A stretch of DNA of 64,000 bases, taken from contig MCFE01000314.1 of NCBI GenBank assembly GCA_002104905.1, positions 33,367 through 97,366 of the forward strand. Reading direction: 5' to 3'. The notes beneath the pieces are model-generated. The model was not told the origin of the DNA. It saw only the letters and a list, made by a program, of their open reading frames with translations, and did no database searches. The stretch comes from Basidiobolus meristosporus CBS 931.73. Lineage: Eukaryota > Fungi > Basidiobolomycota. A program made the position numbers and the translations under genes. Shown one piece after another: positions 33,472 through 45,900 of this stretch (positions within the stretch are counted from its first letter, which is position 1; each line of letters opens with the position of its first letter).

Positions 33472-36400
33472 CTCTATCAAAAATAATTTGGTCCTGCCAG
33501 TGGATCCAAATCAGATCAGCCATTGTAATCTGTCAAGAGATCATAAAAATACCAGCAGCTTGGAATTAATGGCCCTCTGCATAATTAGTTGACCAGATCA
33601 TATGACATTTGGCCAATTTTACCGCCAAATAGGTTCAAAAACATTATGAAGCTTGAGCAGTGGTTTGCTGGGGGTGGCGTGACATAGTTGCAGTCTTAGT
33701 GCACTCTACAACTACTTGAGTGGATGTAACCAGCCAGTACATCCAATTTTCTTATAAGGCAAAATACATAATGGTGTTTTGACAGCCTCATTGCAAGTCT
33801 AATGATATTAGTACAGCATATTGGCAGACCACAGCTAGTTCTGTTAATGCTACCATACCAGTTTACCAAATGCTAGTTACATTTTACCTCCCCATACACA
33901 AATCATATATTCCACTGTAGTATCACCCCACTGTATTTGCTTTCCCATTACTGCCTTGGGTATCCCATGTATAGATTGGATCAAAAAATACTGTGGGCTC
34001 CTGTTTACTAAGTTCTACAACTACACACACCAGCTGCAATTGACATACTTTTATCACCTCAACTTTACAGCTTTTTAATGTGGTACTTACAGACTTGCCA
34101 TATACCTTGCATTGCTGGTAACCTATACATCTTGCATACATATGCTAGGTTGCGGCCACTTATGCCATGAATACCTTGTGAATATCCACAAAGAACTTTT
34201 TGGTATTTAACCAATAGAACTGTTCCATTTTGCCATTAATCATAGTGCCAGAAAGTGCTCTATATTTTGTTATTAATTTGATATTTTAAGGTCATATGCA
34301 TGTCAATTTTGATCCCAAATTGGCACTGTATGGCACCATCTGGCACTCTGTGGCATGATCAGGCACCATCTGGCATGCTATGGCACAATTGGGCACTATG
34401 ATCAGCTGGAGTGATGGAACAAGTTCAATATATTCCTTCTCCCTGCTGGATTTTAGTCCCCCCTATAGGTGCAGTCATGCTCTTCCTTGTGCAGATTCCA
34501 TGTTGAATGGTGTAGAAATGGGCTTGTGACCAAGAGAAACCTGGCACACTTTGGTAGAGTTTTCTAATAAAAATTAGGTGCTTGTAGCACCCAACCCAGC
34601 TTTATATCACTTATCTGATTACCCATGCATTAGGGCTGCTTAGCTTCTTAATGCCATAGGCATAGATGTCTCCATGTGTCAGTTGCCCTCAGTATTTCCA
34701 AACTCTTCCTGGCTGTCCTCCATGTGCCAACTCATTGCATTCATGACAGACTTGAGGGTAATATTCTTGATGAGATTGCAAGATGGTAGTACCTGCAACT
34801 TAACTTGTCCTCCTATCTCCCCACACATCTACTCCATAGGAAACTTCCAAAGGGTGGAGCAAGGCCTAGAATTATCCACACACTAAGCAAGATGGAGTAG
34901 AGAATGGATACAGTAGCAGCAGAGATCTATGTGTTCAGCTTTATGTTTGTTGTATAGCCACTCAACTCCCATTACAAACTCCTTGTACAAAAGCTGTAGA
35001 TGTGTCAAGATGGCATTGGTGATCCACTTATGGATAAGTATTCCTACAATACCCACATATGACTCCCAATGCTTTCAGTGTACTCTTGGTAGGAATGGCT
35101 TCAGAAGTTCACTTAAATAAATACATATACAGCTCATCCAGTCCTTGCACTTGAAGCATTGCATATGTATATGAATGTTGATTGGAGCCCATGTGAAGTA
35201 CTTAGAGTAGTGGATACTCTGTAATATCCTGCCAATTCTTTCAAATTTTTCCAGTATCTTGAAGGGCTCATATAGCTTGAAATGCCATATGTACAACTAG
35301 GTAATCAGTGTAGGGATATTACTGAAAAGTAAGTGCATTGCTCCCAGTCAAAAGCTTTTGCTCCAACAGATACCCTCTATCTTCAGCATCTCTGGTTTCC
35401 AATTAATTCCATATTCAGGCCAATGGCCTACAGCTTGCCAACCTTGCTGCAATTGCACACTGACTTTGGTACATTCTCTTTGCAGGAAAATGATGTTCTT
35501 AGTGCTGGTGCTTGGGTTATAATGTGTGTAGGCTACAGAGTAAGTCCCCTGGATCTCACACATTTGAAAGCAATACCATCCATTGTGTCCAGAAAAGCTG
35601 GCAATCTTTGTGATGGCTGGGGCATCTCCAATGAAGATAAAAATATGAACTTTTACATGATGGCCATTTACTGTTATCCCACTGGAAAGCATACCACATT
35701 CATCCAGCAAAGGATACAGGTAGCAGTCCTGGCTTGACAATGATTTAGGTTAAGATACCAGTGAGACTACCATCAGATTTCTGCTCTGATACTGTAAGAG
35801 GTGGCAGATTCAGGCTGATGAGAATTGGTGGCCAGCAGGATTTGCTGGTAGTGTACTTATTTAACAAGAATCCCTCAAGTGTCAAGGCAAAGGCATGGTC
35901 ACACATACCTTCAAAGTAGGTCTTGCCTCCTTGTTGTTTGTATTGTTTGCAATCAAATATTTTGCAAATGTTTGTGCTTCATTGATACTGAGTGCAGTAC
36001 TTTATAGCTTCACAATATTTGTTGGACTACAAGGGATTCTTTCAATGGGGTATCAATGGAATATATCTGGAGTGTGAACAGTGTTTCCCCCAATAGTGAT
36101 GGATTCCTGACAAATTGGACACCTTGCAATGGTGGCATTTTCTAATGTTAATGCCATGCAACTGTTAACACATGCAGGTATCAGGTCAGTCTCTAGGCCA
36201 TATATTGCCTGCTGTATGACAGTTGTCCTTTTGTACCATGTCCATAGTAATTTTCCACTTCTCTGGCCACAACATCACATCATTCACCATTAGATGGTTT
36301 ACTGGGCTTACTTGACTCCATAAAGTATCCTTGGCATTTTTTTTGATGGATGTTGTCTTATTGCATAGTGGGATTTTTTTGACCTCATCCAGAGTACTGC

Positions 36401-38300
36401 TTTGTGGGGAGCTATGCTCACAGTCCATCAGTGAGCCTGCTTCTTCAGAGCTATCACTCTGCATGCCATATTCAGAAGGCTGGGGTGAGCCTGAGGGCAT
36501 TATAAACTCACCTGACCCAGTTTGCGCAAGGTGACAAGTATGACCAGGTGCCATTATAGAAGTATTAAGTGGCCAGCAAGATATTGTTGGTACTGTATTG
36601 ACTAGTGAATGGTCATATATGCCTTGTGTGGCAAGTCACTGGCTGCAATCTTTGTAATACTTTATATGTTGTCTGCATGCTTCATGGCTGAGTGGCTTAC
36701 TGCAATAGCCACATGGTCTTTTTTCTCTTCTGTTACAGCATTGAATTAAGGTAGTCTTTTCTATGGAGCAAACTGTTTGGCACACAATAATGTAACACTA
36801 TTATATCACTTTTTTGTCAAAACTCGTGTGAGTTTAGTACAATCTTGTATTTAAGACACCATACCTACATGAATGTAAGTTTCAATGATGATCTGCCATA
36901 ATAAGCATTATAAATAAAGTGGTGGCACCACATACACACATATATGTAGCACCATTTTCCCATTGGTAGGAATCACCTCCAGAAATATGCCACCAAGAAA
37001 TAAAGCAAAGTTGTCTGGTTCCTAACCAAACCCCATCACTGACAGCAGTAGAAGAACAGTTGGACAACAGCTTGCTTTGACACTCAGTGCAACAAGAGGA
37101 GCTACCACCAAACAAAGCCATGTTCATAATGTGCCCACTGAAGGTAATAAGGCGGACTCCTCAGGCTCTCAGTAAAGTAGGCTATTGGGAATCTCTGCAG
37201 AGACACAAACTGACCATAATGCTCAAGCCAATGAGAATGTAGCAAAGGCAGTACCCTCAGTTGAGGACTAGCAAGTGGCCATCACAACATCACCACCGCC
37301 CATATTAGCAGTATGTTGTCAACTCATACCAAAGCATTACTGAGACAACTAGGTGCAGTGGCTGCTAGGATAGATGCATTAGCCCAGAGAAATCAGGAAA
37401 TAGTCCAGTAACACAATGAGTGGATAAAAGGTGTAGAGCAATTAATATCCCAAGTAGAGAAAGCAGGATCTTTGCTGCAAAGCAGGAGCTCAAGTAGTTC
37501 AATATCACAGCAAAGAATTGAGCCATTTTCCAATGTAGCAGCAGAGGAACACCATACAGTCTTTGAAGCACAATAATAGTACCCAAGGATAAAGCCCACA
37601 GTAAAGCCCATCACAGCATGGGAAGAAGAAAATGTAGTGTTTATACCAAAGCCTAGAAATCAAAAGACACTGAAGATCTATGAAGCTGCTGAGCATAATC
37701 ATGAAGAGTGGGTTAATAATCAAGAGGCTGTTAGAAGTCTAGCATGCCAACACATTAGGGCTGGCATACCAGGGGACCATTAAGAACTCAATGCCAAGCA
37801 GAATGCACTTGCTTGTTCCATGGGTATTATCCTGGATTCTTACAAGCAAGTGGATTTTGAGCCTGCTTTGGTGTGCTAAGAAAGTATCTCAAGAGTAGCA
37901 GAAACTATCAAAGGCAGAAGAACAAGGGTGCAATGGCTAAATCTAGTAGTTTCCTCAAGCCCCCATTAAAGGCAGGGCAGAGAGCTCCAACAAATGTTGA
38001 AGAGACATCAGGTAGATGGAAGAGTGCCAATAGGGAAAATCAGGTAGACACATATGCACTTTCACTACATTTATCAAGGAAAAAGTGTAGTTCAACTCAC
38101 AAAGCACTCAGTCAAAGTAGCAGTGAAGGACCTGCAAGTGATAAGAACCAGTGGCTATGTGAGGAGCCCATCACAGCATAGGCTCAAAGTTTGAAGCAGG
38201 CTGGAAAAAAGTGTCAGGCTGCCTGCAGAGTGCCAGCAAAGGATAAGCAGGCCAAAATAGTTACATCACAGCAGAGTTTATTAAGGCAAAAACACAGCCT
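33472..38300 (-). mobile_element. CACTA/EnSpm-like DNA transposon copy 1 (degenerate transposase on -, divergent ORF2 on + at ~37100-38300)
   Basis: Transposase_21-like fragment YLYPLLDE...IFIGDAPAITKIASFSGHNGWYCFQMCEIQG. Terminus CTCTATCAAAAATAATTTGGTCC at 33472. Collinear with copies 2 and 3. Confidence 0.8.
34217..34426. mobile_element. ~210-bp MITE-like insertion with TIRs, a 4-5 bp TSD ((C)AATA) and internal TGGCAC repeats
   Basis: Ends are GAACTGTTCCAT and ATGGAACAAGTT(C). The homologous transposase copies read ccaatatattcc uninterrupted, whereas here (c)aata flanks both sides. Confidence 0.75.
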
Positions 38301-39529
38301 GTTTATGGCACCTGTGTGGTGGTGTATAAGTCCAAGGGAGAGATACGTCCAACACTTCTCAAGTGTTTTGTGTGTGGGGTGTTCACTGGGTGCAATAACC
38401 TCTGGCAAAAGCTTGCTAGGAATACTTGGGTTCTGTCTCTAATCTAATGTGAAGGGGAATAAAGCCACAAGCTTGTCAAGGGAAAACTATTGAGCTACAA
38501 TCCCCAACTTAGTTGGCGTCTTAACAAAAGTATGTGCTGGGTTCAGCGTCCTTTGAGATGACAATGTACTAAAGCTTCCAAAGTCAAAACAACTGTAAAC
38601 TCCACCAGCAGGGACTTGATAAGAATGCAGCTGTGGTCAATAGTTACAAAGACAGAAAAGTATCTTTGCCTGTACAAGAACAAACTTGGGAAAGAATCAA
38701 ATATAATAAAAGATACCTACTCTGAGTATTCCTCACAAGTAGTGCCTCCAAGGTCAGTTGGCTGTCAGCGCGGTTTCCTGGGAGTGTCCTGTGGTCTAGG
38801 GTTGGAAGCTCAGGTAGCAGCAGGTAGCAGTGATCACACTAATCAACAAGTCGGTATATTGATAAAAGGGATGATGATTTATTGTTGAGGGAGAGCCTCC
38901 CTGATATACTTTTCTTACTGGCTAAGTGATTACTAATCATGGTGTTCCAGAAGGTTCCGGATATCAATAGAAATCTTAATGACATCAAAATGACCTAAGA
39001 ATGTTCTAAGTAGGTGCCGGAAGGTTCTAAGAGGCACAGCACATCCAACCAATCAGGAATCAGTATTCTGAAACCTGTGTAACATGGGGATACCATATAT
39101 GGTATGGAAATGGTAGGGATGGTGACACGGGCTGATCATGTGTCACGGGTACTGGCGCGGGTACTTGCCTAATATAGACGTACTTATAGCTAGTAATCTT
39201 ACATAAAGTGAGGGGTAACTTATGCAATAAGGTAAGCAGGTGTGATAGTCAACCGGCTTATGGGATAGTGCTGATTGGGTAAGACAAATGGGATAAAACT
39301 AAAATACATGTAGTAGAGATATAGGGAAGTAGAAAATAAGGGAATGAGCACATCTGTCAGTGGGTGTCACTGTCACCCTACTACACCGGATTGATCTGTC
39401 ACTATCTGGCACTATAATTTACTATAATGCCAGTGGTGGGATATAGTTACTGGTAATTTTACGCAATTTACTTACTAATGTTGCTCAGAATAGTGCTTTG
39501 CTTGCTTTAATTACCCTTCATAATGCTCC

Positions 39530-40470
39530 AGGCACATTTCTATTGGTGGTTTTTTTCTTCTATGAATATACCATACATTAACATGTATCTTAAGCATTTA
39601 CCTACTCTGCTGTTTTCTCCTATATATGACTTTCCTCTGTTTTTTCCTGCCAATAAGCTGAATCTCTTCAGATATCCAAATGTATGCTCTAACCCCACTC
39701 TGGAATGATTAAATATCTCATTGCAGAGCTTCTGCTTCCTGCTAGGCACACCATTCCTTGGCTTCCTGTAAGCTGTAGTACATCCTAATCTCTGACAAAT
39801 CTCTGTTATGTAAGCTAAGTCTGCCATATTTTTCTCACCGCTGCTAAATTCTGAATGATCCTCTACCCAGAGTGCTTTGTCATGCCTATTTCCAGCAAAT
39901 GGCCCACTAAACAAGATGATGTTACCCTCATGTCAGACAGTGCTAGAAACTTCACACTATGTGCCTTGTACTTGTCAGAATAAAAGTGCCTCTGCCCTCT
40001 AGAAGGTCAGTTAATCCTGACTGTGGAGGTATCCAAAATACTCCTGATATGGACATGTTGCTCAGCACACTGGGATATGGACGTCTATTGGAGCTTCTGA
40101 ACCTAGTATTCCAAGCTTGCTCTAAGTCATTCAAACCCTCTGCAAGGTGGTTCTCCATTGCTATTAGCTGGGAATGCAAGCTTCTAGGACTTTTAGTGCC
40201 ATGGATGGTGGGATAAAACCTTGTAGAGCAATAGTTCTTGTAATAGCAGAGAAGCTTAACAAGTGATCTCCTTGAGTAGATTGGGGTAGATAGTCCACAG
40301 TACTTGGTATAGATCTCCTCTGATGTGTCAAAGGAAATCCAGTGGTAGTAATGGAATTGATGAGACAAGACCATACTGATGAGTAAGTCATATTAAAACT
40401 GGAGGGTGATTGGGCTGAGGTAATGTGAATTGATTTGGCATGATCAGCTTTATTTATCTGATTGTCCATG
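39530..40470 (-). mobile_element. Degenerate DDE_Tnp_4 transposase (ISL2EU/PIF-Harbinger/IS5-like)
   Basis: Across frameshifts: LDTSTVRIN*PSRGQRHFYSDKYKAHSVKF / FSGPFAGNRHD...ADLAY...AYRKPRNG...NHSRVGLEHTFGYLKRF. Confidence 0.8.
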
Positions 40471-42224
40471 CAATATGATTAAATCTTCATCAATTGCCAT
40501 GTATCCCATCACTATGTTGCAAAAATAATCCTCAAACAATGACTTGGTATTTTGATCAATTCTTTGCTCACAGGTCTATAATCTGATAGGAAATCTGGAG
40601 TTGATATGATCTGATCTGTGTCAATGCAATCCAAGATGCATCATGCATAATATATGGAAAATTCAACAATTATATTAGTTTTTATATATATTTCATTTAA
40701 GACCAGGATGATGTCAATACACTATTGTATAAATATCCAGATCTGTACCTATGGTCCCAATACCAAGTCTCACCTCATCTTTAGTACAGCCCAGGCAAAA
40801 CCCATCCCCCAGCTCACAAACATGGTCCAGACCAGTAAAGTCAATTTTGTGTCTGTTCAAGTCTTGCAAGATGACTTTAGTATGACCCAAGTGTCTATGA
40901 TGAGCCTTCATACAGATATCTGGGCTCTACTCTCTAATCTAGCAGAACTAGATACCTCAGAGAGTTGACAGATATGGAAGAATCTGAGTAGAATGCAGTG
41001 GCATGAGTTCTGCATCAGGATGCCAGCAAATGTATGTAGGGAGATATATAACAAGACAAGTAATGAAATTCAGAGTGAGCTGAGATTTAGGGGATTTGAT
41101 GAGGAAGCTGCATGGGAACAAATTTGCGTGCAATTTGCTCAGTATGGGCCAGACACATCTGTTTGTGCCTCAGCTTTAGGAACCAAAGAGATTTTGAAAG
41201 GGTTTTTGCCTTAAATGACTAATATACTACGTGATATACTAATAGAGCTAAATACTAATGTACCGTGTAAAATATTAGTAGAGTTAGGCGGCTTCCAAGA
41301 GCAATACACCCAGGACTCACCAAGGCAATAGCTTCAAAGTATCAAACTGAGGGTGAGTGAATACCTTGAGCAATCAGAAACTGAGCTTCAAGAGGAAGAA
41401 TACAGACCACAAGCAAGAGTGTACAGATTGCACCAGCACACCATACTAGGCTCCTTACCATCATTTGCAGCTGCAGTGTGCCAGCACATGTCAGCCCAAA
41501 CTATGCCAACACCCTTCACAAGAGTGCCCCACATTGAGTCATCATGTGGAGGGTCAATGTGCACACTTCAGAGTAAAGCCACCAGAGCTTGCAAAGCTGC
41601 TCATTTAGACACAAACTCATTGGAGTGGGCTGAGTTGCATCAACAAGTGGCATCACATCAAACTCAGCTAAGGGTCATGCCAACAAATCAAGTAGCACCT
41701 GCACATACCATTACTCCTGACCATCAGCAGGTTACTTCTGGTGAACTGACTGATGATGACCCACATGAAGTGCCACCACCATTAGAGCCTTTGGCAAGTA
41801 AAAGAATGTGTTGGTGCATGCACTGCAGGCTGGTTCAGTAGCATCCTCCTGAGCAATTAGTGCAGCCAAGCTGTATTGCACTCACAAACTATAAGGCAAA
41901 ATAATGACTACAAATACACAAGTAGCCAAGATGGTAGTCCACAAGGAAGTAGTTTAGGTGTGCAAAGTGAATCACTACCAAAGGCTTCAGTAGTAATCCC
42001 TGTGAGAAAAAAACCTAGGGGAAGATGATGCAATAGCATTGAATTGCTATTATTTGTCATTATACAAATAACACATTTTTTTGCAATCTGAATTGAACCA
42101 TTGCAAGTTGGTAATCACTAAATATTTGATTTAAGTAATATTAAGGTTGTCTCACATTTGAGACAGAGCCCCTATAAATAAACACCCTGCATATATATAC
42201 ATCATCTATAACACCAGTGCAGCC

Positions 42225-42761
42225 ATTTGATCTGTTTTGCACCTAACCAATTGGCTGCATGCTAGTTCTGACACCTTGTTTGATCACTAGGATCAGGGAC
42301 TTACTTACTTAATGGGCAAATGGGAAATCTGATGGCAAATCAGGTAGCTTGTGTATTGGCCAAAGGGCCAATTGAGGGCTGACAGCTTCAGAATACTCTT
42401 GGGCCAATTAACCACTTAGATACCATCCAATTGGAGTAATGGGAACCAAAATGGTAAGTATTAGAGTAGTTTATATGCATGTATTTCCACTTACATTACA
42501 GAAACATATCCCAAATACTGGATTTTACCAACCATAATAGCAGTATCCAATTACACATGCAATGCAAACATCACAAGTTGAAGCAATCATCTGTGCCAAC
42601 CTCATTGTGACAGATTGTGCCACAGTGTGCAAGATTGTCCCATATAGTGCAAAATTGCCCAAGAGCAATCTTGCCTACTGATAGCTAAGATATTGCACCC
42701 ACCTGTTTTTAACAACAGCAGATTGCTCTGCACACCCTGGCACAGTATAATAGAATTAGTC
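42225..42761. repeat. ~540-bp non-coding transposon end (unclassified family X), CpG-decayed copy
   Basis: Reverse-complement homolog of 48397-48940. It ends in a degenerate copy of the GACTTGTTCCAT terminus. Confidence 0.75.
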
Positions 42762-42959
42762 AAAGAAGCACTCAGACTAAGTAGCAGTGAAAGACCTGGT
42801 GCTGATATATGAAAGGCTAAAGGGAAAGAAGTCTACCCAATCTAGAGACAGGGAAGCATCCAAAAAAGCTGCAGTTTGTGGCCAACCAATGCAGTAAGCC
42901 TGGAACCAACTTAAACCCATCAGATCCAAAAAGAACTGCCAACAAGAAAACTGTTGTTT

Positions 42960-45900
42960 TCACTTTGATGTTGACATTGCTGGTTTGTCTGTCAGTGGGA
43001 ACTCTATTCTGTTAGCAATGGAGGATACATAGACTTTGATAGATGAATTGCCTTTCCCTGCAAACTCATCTAACTCATAAGGGTGCAGCTCAATTGGCTA
43101 CACTTCCAACTCTTGAGAAAACAGTTGTTGTCTTGTGAATAAATCTTCTTGGTTAATATGGGATTTGGACTGTTTGGGGCTGATAGCAACTATTGGTGAC
43201 AAGTGCAGCTTATTGCTCATGATTCCCTGACTTTGGCTTAGGTAGACTTTGCTCCCTTGAGTTTTTTCTTTATCACTGCCAGGTATTTCACTGCTACTCT
43301 GTCTGAGTGCTTCTTGAAAAGAACTACATTTTCTCCTGGATAAATTCTGCTCTGACGCATCTGTTTTGGCCTGCTTGTCCCTTGCTGGCACTCTTCTGGC
43401 AACCTGATGTTTCTTTTCAGCTTGTTTTGAGCTCTCAACCATAGTTGTGACAGGCTCCTGTAAAAGTGGCTGGTTTTTATCACTGCCTGGTCCTTCACTG
43501 CTACTTTGACTGGGAGCTTCTTGAGTGGTACTACGCTTTTTCCTTGATAAATGTTTTGCTGGTGTATCTATGTCTGACTGCTTATCCTTAATTAGCACTC
43601 TTCCAGCTGCCTGACATCTCTTTGACACTTATCTGGAGCTTTTGGCCCTGCTTGTAACGGGCTCTTCAGGAAGCAACTGGTTTTTAGCCATGGCACCCTT
43701 GTTCTTCTGCCTTTGATAGTTTCTGCTATTCTTAAGATACTTTCTTAGCAAACCAATGCTGGCCCAAAATCTGTTTGCCCAATTGAATCCAGGATAATGC
43801 TTTTGAGACAAGTCAAGTGCATCCTGCTTGGCCTTGAGTTCCTGATGGTCCCATGGTGTGCCGGCCTTAATGTGATGGCATGCTAGACTTCTGACAGCCT
43901 CTTGTATATTAGCCCACTCTTCATTATTGCACTCAATGGCTTCCTGGATCTTCAATGTCTTTTGATTTTTAGGCTTTGGTATAAATGCCACATTATCTCC
44001 CTCCCACACTGTGATAGGTTTTCTTGTGGGCTTTATCTTTGGGCACTGTTGTTGTGCTTCAAAGACTGTACAGTATTCCTCTGCTGTTACATTGGGAAAT
44101 GGCTCAATTCTTGGCTGTGACATTGAGCTACTTGAGTTCCTTCTTTGCAGCAAAGATACAGCTTTCTCTACCTGGGATATTGATTGCTCCACACATGTTA
44201 TCTGCTCATCCTGTCTCTGGACTACTTCCTAACTTCTCTGGGCCATTGCATCTATCCTATGAGCCACTAAACACAATTGCTTTGTTAATGCTTTGGTATG
44301 AGCTGACAATATACTTGCTAATATGGGTGGCGGTGATGTTATCATGGCCACTTCTTGATCTTCAACTGAGGGTACTGTGTTTGCTACATTCTTATCTGCC
44401 TGAGCATAATGGTCAGCTTGTGGCTCTACAGAGGTTCTCAATTGCCTGCTTGACAGAGAGCCTGAGGAGTCTGCATTATTACCTTCAATGGGCACACTGT
44501 CCACAGGGCCTTATTTGGATGTAGCCCTGCTTGTTGCACTGAATGTCAAAGCAAGCTGTTGTCCAACTGTTCTTCTGTTGCCGTCAGTGGTGGGGTTAGG
44601 TTGAGAACCAGACAACTTTGCTTTTTTTTTTGGCAGCATATATTTGGAAGTTAGTCAAACCATAGGGGAAATAGTGTTACATATATGTGTATGTGGTGCC
44701 ACAACTTTCTTTATAATGCTTACTATGGCGGGTCATCATTGAGTTTTACATTCATGCAGGCGCAATGTCTCAAATACAAGACTGTCTTAAGTTCACATGA
44801 GTATTGACCAAAAAGTGATATAATAGCATTATGATGTTGAAGTTCAAATTGTTTGCCCCATGGACAAGACTACTTTGACTCAACACCATAAGAGAAGAGA
44901 AAAAAGACCATGTGGCTATTGTGGCAAGCCTCTCAGCCATGAAGCATGCAGACAGCATAGGAAGTATTACAAGGATCATGGCCAGTGTTTTGCCACCCAA
45001 GTCATATTTGACCATTCATTGGTCACCACTGTACCAACATTATCTTGCCAGCCAGTTGATACTTCTATATTGGCACCTGGTTGTCTTTGTCACCTTGCGC
45101 AAACTGAGTCAGGTGAGTTTGTAAAACCTTTAGGCTGACCTCAGCCTTCTGAATATGGCACGCAGAGTGATAGCTCTGACAATGAAGGTTCACTGATGGA
45201 CTTTGAGCCTATCTCCCCTAACAGCAGTACCACATATGAGCCCAGTCCAATCCCTATATGCAATGAGACAACACCCGTTAAAACAAATGCCAAGGATACT
45301 TTATGGAGCCAAGTGAGCCCAGTAATCCATCTGCTGGTGAATGATCTAATGTTGTGGCTAGAGAAGTGGCACGTTTCCACTAATATCAGTAATAGGGGCT
45401 TTGAGGATTTATTACTACTTCTTGCCAAAATCATACCGCAATGCAACTTACCATGTACATGGTACAAGTGGACAACTGTCATGCAGCTGGCAACATATGA
45501 TCCAGAGACTGTCCTGATTCCAGCATGTGTTAACAGTTGCATGGCATTCACATCCAAAAATGCTACCATTGCGACATGTCCAAATTGTCAGGAATCCACC
45601 ACCATTGAGGGAAAACATTGTTCACACTCCAGATATATTCCGGTCATACCCCATCTGAGGAAGCTGATGCAGTCCAACAAATATTGCAAAGCTATATAGT
45701 ACCACACTCAGTATCAATCAAGCACAAATATATCCAATATAATTGATGGCAAACATTACAAACAGCTAAGAAGCAAGGGCTACTTTGAAGGTATGTATGA
45801 CCATGCCTTTGCTTTAGCACCTGATGGATTCTCATTAAACAAGTACTCTACCAGCAAATCCTGCTGGTCACTGATTCTCATCAATCTGAATCTGCCATCC

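Noticed and set aside
42165-42185. CCCTATAAATAAA as the missing left TIR of CACTA copy 2
   Set aside because: The match to CCCTATGAAAAATAATTTGG is too short and no TSD could be shown.
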